Part shown: piece after piece, positions 1 through 8,429 of the stretch | How the letters are laid out: the number at the start of each line of letters is the position of its first letter | Position numbering within the stretch: the stretch's first letter is position 1 | Source: an uncultured Phocaeicola sp. | GTDB lineage: Bacteria > Bacteroidota > Bacteroidia > Bacteroidales > Bacteroidaceae | NCBI GenBank assembly: GCA_964545265.1 | Contig: CAZJFI010000001.1 | Span: 1 to 47,135 of the forward strand | Direction of reading: 5' to 3' | DNA: 47,135 nt | Notes under the pieces: generated by a model | What the model was told of the DNA's origin: nothing | Database searches by the model: none | Seen by the model: the letters and a program-made list of their open reading frames with translations, nothing else | Position numbers and translations under genes: made by a program

Positions 1-50
1 ATGTTCCGGTATATTATACCGTTCCCATTACTTTTAAGTTACAGATATGA
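1..50 (+). CDS. 3' end of a probable TonB-family energy transducer (partial, truncated by window start)
   Basis: Not in the ORF track. The frame from nt 3 reads VPVYYTVPITFKLQI-stop (TGA 48-50), matching the V.V.YTVPI.F.LQ end typical of TonB C-terminal domains. A TPR gene follows, as in Bacteroides exbB-exbD-tonB clusters. Confidence 0.7.
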   Translation, partial: VPVYYTVPITFKLQI

Positions 51-64
51 TAAAAGAAAACATT

Positions 65-1480
65 ATGAAAAAGTATGTATTGACAATGATGGGCTTGTAC
101 CTGAGTGTATGCTTATGGGCACAAGTTACAAATACGGTCGCCTGGACAGAAGAAGTGAACCAGGCAGCTACATTGATAAAAAGTCAGCCCCAAGCCGCAG
201 AGAATGTGTTTGAAGAATTGCTGAAAGGAAAGAACAAGCGGAATACGGCTTTGCTGGTCGATATAGGAGAGGCTTATTTGCAGGAGGGAGAATACAATAT
301 GGCTTCTGTCTATGCACAAAGGGCCAAAGAAGTGGACAATAAGTATGCCGATGCCTATCTGTTGAGTGGCAATGTAGCTATGGCGCGTAACGATCTGAAT
401 CAAGCAAGCAGTGATTATAGTCAGGCCATCTATTTCGATGAGGATTGTAGTGAGGCTTATCTGAAGTATGCGGAATTGTATCAAAGAGTGAACCCCCAAT
501 TATCTTTGGATATGTTGCAACGTCTGCAAAACAGGATGCCCGATGATATTCGGATTCAGAAGCAATTGGGTGATATCTATTATACTATGGGCGAATATGG
601 CAAATCGATAACCGCCTACAATGATTTTATGGAGAAGGGAGCCCCGTCGTCCCTGGATTTTGTCCGTTATGCAACTTTGTTGTATCTGAACAAGGAGTAT
701 GGACAATCCTTGGATATGGTGAAGGAGGGGTTGCAAATGGAACCGGACAATCTTGTTTTGCAACGACTTGCCATGTACAACAATTATGAGCTCGAAGCGA
801 TTGACGAAGGATTGGAAGCCGCTAAGGTTTTCTTCACCTCTCCCGACAAACAAAACCAGGTATATTTGGATTATGTGTATTATGGTAAATTGCTCGATGC
901 CAAAGAACAATACACAGATGCCATCCAACAATACAAACAGGCATTGGCCATGAATGCCCAGCATCCGGAAATCTATAAGGAAATGGCCGAAACATACGAA
1001 AAAATACCCGATTATCCCAATGCCATAGCAGCCTTCAAAAGGTATATGGAAGCTATCAAGGAACCATCGGATGCCGGCGATTTGTTTATGTATGGCCAGT
1101 TGAATTACTTTGCTGCTTCCGACCCGAAAACATTGGCGCATCAGCATATTTATCTGTCGGAAGCCGATAGTGCCTTTGCCGAAGTGGCCGAATATGCTCC
1201 CGATAATTATTTGGGCCATTTCTGGCGGGCGCGTACCAATTCCTTGCTCGACCCTGAAACTACACAAGGATTGGCCAAACCCTATTATGAAGCGGCTTTG
1301 GCTATCCTCGAACGGAAAGCCGATGCATCGGAAAGTCTGCTGATAGAGTGCCTCAGTTATTTGGGATATTATTATTTTGTGCAAGAGGATTATCCGAAGT
1401 CGAAAACCTATTGGACGCGGATTCTTGCCATAGAACCGGAAAATAAAACAGCCTTGAAAGCCATGGAAGGAATCAAGTAA
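65..1480 (+). CDS. Secreted/periplasmic tetratricopeptide-repeat protein
   Basis: Signal peptide MKKYVLTMMGLYLSVCLWAQ from ATG 65; many TPR-like helical repeats (e.g. QLGDIYYTMGEYGKSITAY, YLGYYYFVQEDYPKSKTYW). Confidence 0.85.
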   Translation: MKKYVLTMMGLYLSVCLWAQVTNTVAWTEEVNQAATLIKSQPQAAENVFEELLKGKNKRNTALLVDIGEAYLQEGEYNMASVYAQRAKEVDNKYADAYLLSGNVAMARNDLNQASSDYSQAIYFDEDCSEAYLKYAELYQRVNPQLSLDMLQRLQNRMPDDIRIQKQLGDIYYTMGEYGKSITAYNDFMEKGAPSSLDFVRYATLLYLNKEYGQSLDMVKEGLQMEPDNLVLQRLAMYNNYELEAIDEGLEAAKVFFTSPDKQNQVYLDYVYYGKLLDAKEQYTDAIQQYKQALAMNAQHPEIYKEMAETYEKIPDYPNAIAAFKRYMEAIKEPSDAGDLFMYGQLNYFAASDPKTLAHQHIYLSEADSAFAEVAEYAPDNYLGHFWRARTNSLLDPETTQGLAKPYYEAALAILERKADASESLLIECLSYLGYYYFVQEDYPKSKTYWTRILAIEPENKTALKAMEGIK

Positions 1481-1496
1481 ATAGAGAAGGATTTGT

Positions 1497-1530
1497 TAAG
1501 GTAGGTTAAACATTAGCCTACCTTATTGTT
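1497..1530 (+). terminator. Probable intrinsic terminator after the TPR gene
   Basis: Stem TAAGGTAGG...CCTACCTTA followed by TTGTTT. Confidence 0.55.
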
Positions 1531-1547
1531 TATATCATAAGAATCTT

Positions 1548-1555
1548 TACCTTTG
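1548..1555 (+). promoter_or_regulatory. Bacteroidetes sigma-70 -7 element of the ABC/GntR operon
   Basis: TACCTTTG matches TAnnTTTG, about 50 nt upstream of the start codon. Confidence 0.7.
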
Positions 1556-1557
1556 TG

Positions 1558-1579
1558 GTGTACTATTCAACTAATACAC
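1558..1579. promoter_or_regulatory. YtrA-subfamily GntR operator
   Basis: Palindrome GTGTACTATTCAACTAATACAC fits the GTGTAnTA-n6-TAnTACAC pattern of YtrA operators. It overlaps the predicted transcription start of an operon ending in a YtrA-type regulator. Confidence 0.75.
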
Positions 1580-1607
1580 TAAGGTAATTCAATTAACAGG
1601 TAAAGAT

Positions 1608-2447
1608 ATGATGATAGAAGTACAACATGTAACCTTTGGTTACGGTAAGAAGCAGAAAGTCTTGGATGACTTTTCGCTGAATTTGGAGAAGGGATCGGTA
1701 TTCGGATTGTTGGGAAAGAACGGTACCGGCAAGTCTACCTTACTTTATCTGATGGCGGGATTGTTGCGCCCTCAGTCGGGAAAAGTATTTTATAGAGGAG
1801 TGGATGTATCGCTTCGCTATCCGCTCACTTTGCAGGACATGTTCATTGTGCCCGAAGAATTTTCGTTGCCCCATGTGAGCTTGAAGCAATACATCAAATT
1901 GAATGCGCCATTCTATCCCCGTTTCAGCAAGGAATTGCTGAACAATTGCTTGCGCGATTTCGATATGAACGAAGACATCCACTTGGGCGAACTCTCTATG
2001 GGACAAAAGAAGAAAGCCTTTATGTGTTTTGCCTTGGCTGCCAACACCTCGTTGCTGATGATGGACGAGCCGAGCAATGGGCTGGATATTCCTTCGAAGA
2101 GCCAGTTCCGAAAGGTAATTGCAACTGGTATGAGTGAAGAAAAGTCGGTGATTATTTCAACCCATCAGGTGCGGGATATTGATAGTTTGCTCGACCATGT
2201 GGTGATTATGGATGCCTCTAAAGTGTTGCTCAATGAGCCGGTGGCCCGTATTTGCGAGAAACTCTATTTTGCCGAACAGGGTGTGAACGAGCCTACAGAC
2301 GATGCATTCTACATCCAACCATCGGTGCAAGGCAACAGTGTGATACTTCCCAATACTTATGGTGAAGACAGCAAGATGAATTTAGAAGTGTTGTTCAATG
2401 CCTTATTGGCTGAAAGAGAGAAGATTCAAACCGTGTTTAACAAGTAA
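1608..2447 (+). CDS. ABC transporter ATP-binding protein (YtrB/ABC-2 type)
   Basis: Walker A GKNGTGKST, signature LSMGQKKK, Walker B LLMMDEP, H-loop ISTH. Confidence 0.92.
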   Translation: MMIEVQHVTFGYGKKQKVLDDFSLNLEKGSVFGLLGKNGTGKSTLLYLMAGLLRPQSGKVFYRGVDVSLRYPLTLQDMFIVPEEFSLPHVSLKQYIKLNAPFYPRFSKELLNNCLRDFDMNEDIHLGELSMGQKKKAFMCFALAANTSLLMMDEPSNGLDIPSKSQFRKVIATGMSEEKSVIISTHQVRDIDSLLDHVVIMDASKVLLNEPVARICEKLYFAEQGVNEPTDDAFYIQPSVQGNSVILPNTYGEDSKMNLEVLFNALLAEREKIQTVFNK

Positions 2448-2463
2448 AAAAGAGGAGCCTGTT

Positions 2464-3363
2464 ATGGATACAAATCAATATTTTAGTTTTTCGCGCATCG
2501 GTTTGGTGATGAAGCGCGATTTGATGGAGAACTGGAAAACCAACCTTTATCGTTTCTTGGGGCCTTATGCGGGATTCCTGATGGTGATGATTTTCGGGTA
2601 TATGAATTACTCCGGTGATTCGAATACAATGAAGTATCCCGAAATAGAGTTTATGAACTATGCAAATTTAGTGTTGGGAAGTTTGGTGGCTGTACTTCTG
2701 ATTGGTGGTGCTTTCTATGCTTCTTACATCATGGAAACCATGAACAGCCAGCATAAGCGTATTTCTTACCTGATGCTTCCGGCCACGATGCTGGAGAAAT
2801 TCGTGGCTCGTGCCTTGTTCGTAACTATTGGCTTTGTGATTGTTGTGGTGTGTGCCTTGCTTCTGGCAGAAGCTACACGTTATCTTTTCCTACCGTTGTT
2901 TGATTTGCCGGATACTTTCCAGCAATCTACCCTGCCGGCTATATGGGAACAGTTTACAATAATAGATGCATTGGAATATAGCGGTCCTGGTGCTATGGAA
3001 TCCCGTATAATGGATTATTTGGCGGATATTGCTGCACTTCTGTATCTTTTATGGATTCATTCTTTCTTCATCCTCGGCGGATGCTATTGGCATAAGCATT
3101 CTTTCTGGAAGGTGTTGGTTGCCATGCTTGTTTTCAGTATCGCTTGTGCGGTTATTATGGTATATATGGCAGAAGGTATAGGGGCAGAACAGGGCAAGGC
3201 TATTGTTGAATGGATAGAAGCTAATTTGTCTTGGATAACCCCTAAAGGAATGCTTTCATTCGTCATTGCTCTACTTAGTATCCTTATCATGCTCAACTGG
3301 TGGCTCAGCTATAAAGTGTTTACCCGCACCCAAGTCATCAAACCTAAATTCCGTCTATTATGA
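2464..3363 (+). CDS. ABC-2-type permease / integral membrane protein
   Basis: About 6 hydrophobic segments and a YLMLPATMLEKF motif; lies between the ABC ATPase and GntR; ATG at 2464. Confidence 0.8.
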   Translation: MDTNQYFSFSRIGLVMKRDLMENWKTNLYRFLGPYAGFLMVMIFGYMNYSGDSNTMKYPEIEFMNYANLVLGSLVAVLLIGGAFYASYIMETMNSQHKRISYLMLPATMLEKFVARALFVTIGFVIVVVCALLLAEATRYLFLPLFDLPDTFQQSTLPAIWEQFTIIDALEYSGPGAMESRIMDYLADIAALLYLLWIHSFFILGGCYWHKHSFWKVLVAMLVFSIACAVIMVYMAEGIGAEQGKAIVEWIEANLSWITPKGMLSFVIALLSILIMLNWWLSYKVFTRTQVIKPKFRLL

Positions 3364-3725
3364 AATTCAAGGAGAGTAAATCGATATTCTTGCAGATAGC
3401 CGACCGCATTTGCGATGAAATTCTGCAAGGACAATATAAGGAGGAAGAGCGTATCCCTTCGGTGCGCGAGTATGCCGCTACGGTGGAAGTCAATGCCAAT
3501 ACGGTGGTGCGTACCTTCGACTATCTGCAAGGGCAGGAGATTATCTACAACAAGCGCGGCTTGGGTTATTTCGTCTCTCCTGGTGCTCGCGAAGTAATCC
3601 TTTCGCTCCGTAAGAAAGTGTTTTTGACTGAAGAACTCCCCGAATTCTTCCGACAGGTAAAAACGCTTGATATCCCCATAACGGAGATAGAACGGATGTA
3701 TCGGGAGTATTTGGAGCAAGGATGA
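3360..3725 (+). CDS. GntR-family (YtrA subfamily) transcriptional regulator
   Basis: IFLQIADRI...RIPSVREYAATVEVNANTVVRTFDYL...RGLGYFV winged HTH, short C-terminus; ATGA overlap with the permease. Confidence 0.92.
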   Translation: MKFKESKSIFLQIADRICDEILQGQYKEEERIPSVREYAATVEVNANTVVRTFDYLQGQEIIYNKRGLGYFVSPGAREVILSLRKKVFLTEELPEFFRQVKTLDIPITEIERMYREYLEQG

Positions 3726-3763
3726 TGTTTCGGAAGTCCCTTTAAGAGAAAAAAATAAAAAAA

Positions 3764-4073
3764 GGTTTGAGAAATGCCTTCACAAGTTTCACCGCCTCTT
3801 AACTCATTATGGCATAGTGAGTTTGGGTGAAGCCACAAGCTTTCACCGAGGTTTCACTCCTTTCACCGTGTGTCCGTGGAAAGGGGAAGAAAACGATGAG
3901 TTAGTCCTCTTAAAACGATGTTTTACGCGCGATAAAGCACCGTTTTATCCAAAGAGCAATGAATGACAGGTGAAAGGAGGTGAAAGCAAAAATCTCGTTT
4001 TCCCTTCATCCATATAATATGTAAATCAAGTAGTTACAAGGCGGTGAAACTTGTGAAGGCATTTTTCGAACTT
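3764..4073. mobile_element. Non-coding ~310-bp element with long imperfect terminal inverted arms (MITE-like; identity uncertain)
   Basis: Perfect 26-bp IR AAATGCCTTCACAAGTTTCACCGCCT (3772-3797) / reverse complement (4039-4064), extending outward with transitions. Inner IR of TTTCACC (3841-3867) / GGTGAAA (3969-3987) motifs. AAATAAAAAAA flanks both sides (3753-3763, 4074-4084). Confidence 0.55.
3890..3946. repeat. Three 13-bp quasi-palindromic units at 22-bp period
   Basis: AAAACGATGAGTT (3890), AAAACGATGTTTT (3912), AAAGCACCGTTTT (3934). Confidence 0.7.
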
Positions 4074-4189
4074 AAATAAAAAAATGAATATACGATTCTG
4101 AAAAAGACAATTATTGCATGCGTATGAGGGAAACTGAAAAAACATCAGTTACGCATTACGCTTTGCTCATTTATATGAAGAAATATTCG

Positions 4190-4197
4190 TAACTTTG
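4190..4197 (+). promoter_or_regulatory. -7 promoter element for the MATE gene
   Basis: TAACTTTG about 25 nt upstream of ATG 4222. Confidence 0.6.
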
Positions 4198-4221
4198 CAC
4201 GCTGGTAAAAAGAGCGTAGAA

Positions 4222-5571
4222 ATGAACCTTAACAAACGGAAAAATGGAATCAAAAAAGGGCTCTCCAAGTTGGTGGGCCCTATCTTCATAGAAACTCTTC
4301 TCATTATGATGCTGGGAGCGGTGGACACCGTTATGCTCAGCCAATATTCCGACGAGGCAGTAGCAGCCGTGGGGGTGGTGAACCAACTGGTGATGTTTGC
4401 TTTCCTTATCTTCGAGATTATCAATATGGGTACCTCGGTGCTCTGCTCGCAATACTTGGGGGCCAAGTTGCCCAACAAGGTGGTTCAGGTGGTGGGCGTT
4501 TCTTTGTTGCTCAATATACTGATAGGCTTGGGGGTGAGTGCTGTGCTCTATTTCGGTGCTCCTTGGCTTCTGCACATGATGGGCCTTCGGGCTGAGTTGA
4601 TGGAGTATGGCGTAAGCTATATGGAGATAGTAGGTGCCTTTGCCTTCTTCCAGGCCATTTCGCTCACTATCTCGGCTTCGCTGAAGAGCGCCGACAAGGC
4701 CATCTATCCCATGCTTGTGGTGGTAGTGGTCAATGTGTTGAACATTATCGGCAACTATGCATTGATATTCGGTAAGTGGGGTATGCCTGCCTTGGGGGTG
4801 GAAGGGGCGGCCATCTCTACCTCCTTTGCCCGTGGTGTATCGATGGTTATTCTGTTTGTGATACTTTTCCGTAAGCACATCTCCCGTTTCCCGTTGAAGT
4901 ATTTCCGTCCTTTCCCCTGGATAGAACTGAAGAATCTGTTGAAGATTGGAGTGCCCTCGGCAGGCGAGAACATGTCGTACAGCTTTTCGCAAGTGGTGCT
5001 CACTTACTTTATCAATATGTTGGGCAATGAAGCTTTGGCGGCCCGCATGTATGTGGTGAATGTGGTGATGTTTGTCTACCTCTTTACCATTGCCATGGCA
5101 CAAGGGGGAGCTATCAGCATCGGCCATTTGGTAGGGAAAAAACGTATCAAAGGGGCTTATCTGTTGGGCAAATACGTCATGCGTCTGTCGGTGCTGGTAT
5201 CTGTAACTCTATCGTGCATCTGGGCCTTGATGGGCAAGACGATGTTTGGTTGGCTGACCGACAATCCGGAAATTATCCGCATGGGGGTCATGGTGCTTTA
5301 TGTAGACATTATCCTCGAAATAGGAAAGGCCATCAATATCTATGCTACCAATGCCCTTCGTGCAACGGGTGATGTGAATTATCCCTTCTATGTGGGGGTG
5401 GTGATGCAATGGGGTGTAGCCGTGGGTTGTGGCTATTTGTTTGGCTTGCATTGGGGATGGGGACTGGTAGGCATGTGGTTTGCCTTCCTGCTCGACGAGA
5501 ACATTCGCGGTGTAATTTTCGTGCGTCGGTGGAATAGCATGAAGTGGGCCAAGAAAGGCTTTGTGAAGTGA
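4222..5571 (+). CDS. MATE-family efflux transporter
   Basis: PIFIETLLIMMLGAVDTVMLSQYSDEAVAAVG, SQYLGAK, LGVEGAAIST, KIGVPSAGE; about 12 TM segments. Confidence 0.92.
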   Translation: MNLNKRKNGIKKGLSKLVGPIFIETLLIMMLGAVDTVMLSQYSDEAVAAVGVVNQLVMFAFLIFEIINMGTSVLCSQYLGAKLPNKVVQVVGVSLLLNILIGLGVSAVLYFGAPWLLHMMGLRAELMEYGVSYMEIVGAFAFFQAISLTISASLKSADKAIYPMLVVVVVNVLNIIGNYALIFGKWGMPALGVEGAAISTSFARGVSMVILFVILFRKHISRFPLKYFRPFPWIELKNLLKIGVPSAGENMSYSFSQVVLTYFINMLGNEALAARMYVVNVVMFVYLFTIAMAQGGAISIGHLVGKKRIKGAYLLGKYVMRLSVLVSVTLSCIWALMGKTMFGWLTDNPEIIRMGVMVLYVDIILEIGKAINIYATNALRATGDVNYPFYVGVVMQWGVAVGCGYLFGLHWGWGLVGMWFAFLLDENIRGVIFVRRWNSMKWAKKGFVK

Positions 5572-5673
5572 TTTTCATTGCATTAAAAAACTTTATGGCT
5601 CATTCGTGCGTTAAATCAATAAAAAGCGTTATTTTTGCACCCTGATAATTATCAAGATAGAAAGAATACATTT

Positions 5674-7020
5674 ATGGAGCTCGATTTGCTTACGGCCATA
5701 TCGCCGATTGATGGCCGCTATAGAGGGAAGGCGGGAGCCTTGGCCTCTTACTTTTCGGAATTTGCACTCATCAAATATCGTGTGCAGGTGGAAATTGAAT
5801 ACTTCATTACTTTGTGTGAACTTCCTTTGCCTCAGTTGAAGACATTGGATCATGCCCGTTTTGATTCTTTGCGTGCCATCTATCAGAATTTTTCTGAAGC
5901 CGATGCACAACGCATCAAGGAAATTGAAGGTGTGACCAACCACGATGTGAAGGCGGTGGAATACTTCATTAAGGAAGAATTCGATAAGTTGGGCGGATTG
6001 GAAGAATACAAGGAATTCATCCACTTTGGCTTGACTTCGCAAGATATCAACAATACCTCCATACCTTTATCTATAAAGGAAGCGTTGGAACAGGTATATT
6101 ATCCGCTAATCGAAGAATTGATTGCCCAATTGCAAGCATATGCTGAAGAATGGGCAAACATCCCGATGTTGGCCAAGACACACGGTCAGCCGGCTTCTCC
6201 TACTCGTTTGGGGAAAGAAGTGATGGTGTTTGTTTATCGTTTGAACCGCCAGTTGGCCACTCTCAAGGCTTGTCCTATTACCGCTAAGTTCGGTGGCGCA
6301 ACAGGTAATTACAACGCACACCATGTGGCTTATCCGGCATACGATTGGAAGGCATTCGGCAATAAGTTCGTTGCTGAAAAATTGGGTTTGGAAAGAGAAG
6401 AGTATACCACTCAGATTTCCAACTACGACAATTTGGGTGCCATCTTCGATGCCATGAAGCGCATCAATACCATTATGATTGACATGAACCGCGACTTCTG
6501 GCAATACATTTCGATGGAATATTTCAAACAGAAAATCAAAGCAGGCGAGGTAGGTTCAAGCGCTATGCCTCACAAGGTGAATCCCATCGACTTTGAAAAT
6601 GCCGAAGGAAACTTGGGTGTGGCCAATGCCATTTTGGAACATTTGTCGAGCAAGTTGCCGGTATCCCGTTTGCAACGCGACTTGACCGACTCTACCGTAT
6701 TGCGTAATGCGGGTGTTCCGTTTGGACACATTGTTATTGCCATCCAGAGTTCATTGAAAGGATTGCGTAAGTTGTTGCTCAACGAAAAAGCTATCTACGA
6801 AGATTTGGACAATTGCTGGAGTGTAGTGGCCGAAGCTATCCAAACCATCCTTCGTCGTGAAGCATATCCACATCCATACGAAGCCTTGAAAGCGTTGACA
6901 CGTACCAATCAGGCTATCACTGAAACGTCCATCAAGGAGTTCATCGAAACATTGGAAGTGAGCGAAGATATCAAGAAAGAATTGCGTGTGATTACTCCGC
7001 ATAACTATACTGGAATGTAA
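5674..7020 (+). CDS. purB: Adenylosuccinate lyase
   Basis: LTAISPIDGRY, TNHDVKAVEY, signature GSSAMPHKVNPIDFEN; -7 element TATTTTTG at 5630. Confidence 0.97.
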   Translation: MELDLLTAISPIDGRYRGKAGALASYFSEFALIKYRVQVEIEYFITLCELPLPQLKTLDHARFDSLRAIYQNFSEADAQRIKEIEGVTNHDVKAVEYFIKEEFDKLGGLEEYKEFIHFGLTSQDINNTSIPLSIKEALEQVYYPLIEELIAQLQAYAEEWANIPMLAKTHGQPASPTRLGKEVMVFVYRLNRQLATLKACPITAKFGGATGNYNAHHVAYPAYDWKAFGNKFVAEKLGLEREEYTTQISNYDNLGAIFDAMKRINTIMIDMNRDFWQYISMEYFKQKIKAGEVGSSAMPHKVNPIDFENAEGNLGVANAILEHLSSKLPVSRLQRDLTDSTVLRNAGVPFGHIVIAIQSSLKGLRKLLLNEKAIYEDLDNCWSVVAEAIQTILRREAYPHPYEALKALTRTNQAITETSIKEFIETLEVSEDIKKELRVITPHNYTGM

Positions 7021-7079
7021 TAAATGAGAAAAAGAATGCCCGAGAGGGCCCTATATACTAATTAAAAACAGATAAGATT

Positions 7080-8408
7080 ATGGTGAACGAAAATGAAGGC
7101 AGATTTGAAGGTTCTGCTAACGAAAACCGTGAAGGTGGTTACAACAGAAATTATAACAGAGAGTATACCAATTACAACCGATACAATAACGATGGCGAAT
7201 CTCGTCCGTATCGTCCTCGTACCAATAATTATAATCAAGGAGGCGAACGCGTGTATCGTTCTTCTTATCAAGGTGGTTATGGCGAACAACGTCCTCAACG
7301 TCCTCGCTTCAATAGCGAAGGTGGTGAACAACGTTCTTATCGTCCTCGTACCAACAATTATAACCAAGGTGGTTATGGCGAACAACGTCCTCAACGTCCT
7401 CGCTTCAATAGCGAAGGTGGTGAACAGCGTTCTTACCGTCCTCGTACCAACAATTATAACCAAGGTGGCTATGGCGAACAACGTCCTCAACGCCCTCGTT
7501 TCAATGCCGAAGGTAGTGAACAACGTCCGTTCCGTCCTCGTACCAACAGCTTTAACCAAGGCGGATACGGTGATCAGCGTTCACAACGTCCTGCTCGTCA
7601 GCAACGTCCGCGTACCAATGGATACAATCCTAACGCAAAATACAGCCACAAGAAGCAAATTGAATACAAGGATATCTTGACTGATCCTAACGAACCTATC
7701 CGTTTGAACAAGTTCTTGGCTAATGCCGGTATCTGCTCTCGTCGTGAAGCGGATGAATTCATTACTGCAGGTGTAGTAACTGTAAACGGTGAAGTGGTAA
7801 CCGAATTGGGTACAAAAATCAAGCGTACCGATGAAGTGAAGTTCCATGACCAACCAGTAAATATTGAGCGCAAGGTATATGTGTTGCTCAATAAGCCAAA
7901 GGATTGTGTGACTACTTCTGATGATCCACAAGCTCGTAAGACTGTGATGGATTATGTAAAGGATGCATGTAAGGAACGCATCTATCCGGTAGGTCGTTTG
8001 GATAGAAATACAACCGGTGTTCTGTTGTTGACTAATGATGGCGATTTGGCTTCCAAATTGACTCATCCGAAATTCTTGAAGAAGAAGATTTATCACGTAT
8101 ATTGTGACAAGAACGTAACTAAGTCCGATTTGGATCAGATTGCTGCTGGTATCACCCTTGATGATGGCGAAATTCATGCAGATGCCATCAGCTATGCTTC
8201 AGAAACAGACAAGAAGCAGGTAGGTATTGAAATCCATTCGGGTAAGAACCGTATTGTACGTCGTATATTCGAATCGCTCGGTTATAAGGTAAGCAAACTT
8301 GACCGTGTATACTTTGCCGGTTTGACAAAGAAAGGCTTGAAGCGTGGTGACTGGCGTTATTTGACAGAATTGGAAGTGAATATGCTCCGCATGGGTTCAT
8401 TTGAATAA
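7080..8408 (+). CDS. rluB: RsuA/RluB-family rRNA pseudouridine synthase with a long low-complexity N-terminal extension
   Basis: S4 domain IRLNKFLANAGICSRREADE, LLNKPKD, catalytic motif PVGRLDRNTTG. Confidence 0.9.
   Translation: MVNENEGRFEGSANENREGGYNRNYNREYTNYNRYNNDGESRPYRPRTNNYNQGGERVYRSSYQGGYGEQRPQRPRFNSEGGEQRSYRPRTNNYNQGGYGEQRPQRPRFNSEGGEQRSYRPRTNNYNQGGYGEQRPQRPRFNAEGSEQRPFRPRTNSFNQGGYGDQRSQRPARQQRPRTNGYNPNAKYSHKKQIEYKDILTDPNEPIRLNKFLANAGICSRREADEFITAGVVTVNGEVVTELGTKIKRTDEVKFHDQPVNIERKVYVLLNKPKDCVTTSDDPQARKTVMDYVKDACKERIYPVGRLDRNTTGVLLLTNDGDLASKLTHPKFLKKKIYHVYCDKNVTKSDLDQIAAGITLDDGEIHADAISYASETDKKQVGIEIHSGKNRIVRRIFESLGYKVSKLDRVYFAGLTKKGLKRGDWRYLTELEVNMLRMGSFE
7269..7590 (+). repeat. Coding tandem repeat, 96-bp (32-aa) unit, about 3.3 copies
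   Basis: CGTCCTCGTACCAAC recurs at 7341, 7437 and 7533; the unit encodes RPRTNNYNQGGYGEQRPQRPRFNSEGGEQRSY. Confidence 0.9.
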
Positions 8409-8429
8409 TAATTTAAGATGAAGATAGAA

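Noticed and set aside
1..213. 70-aa + strand ORF at the window start
   Set aside because: Overlaps the TPR gene out of frame; the TonB-like frame (3-50) explains the first 50 nt better.
500..1384. 294-aa antisense ORF
   Set aside because: Shadow of the TPR gene; no recognisable motif.
3890..3946. Possible mini-CRISPR
   Set aside because: 13-bp degenerate units with 9-bp spacers are far too short; no cas genes or leader.
3798..4038. Classic invertible promoter driving the MATE pump
   Set aside because: I find no TAnnTTTG in either orientation between the IRs, the MATE -7 element (4190) lies outside them, and no invertase is nearby. Inversion is not excluded, but the promoter-switch model is unsupported.
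4051..4068. Rex operator (TTGTGAA half-site)
   Set aside because: The second half does not match TTCACAA; the half-site is simply part of the element's IR.
4171..5127. 318-aa His-rich antisense ORF
   Set aside because: Mirror of the GTG/ATG-rich codons of the hydrophobic MATE gene.
7062..7680. Repetitive alternative-frame and antisense ORFs over the rluB 5' region
   Set aside because: By-products of the 96-bp coding repeat. Substitutions between copies are mostly synonymous in the RluB frame.
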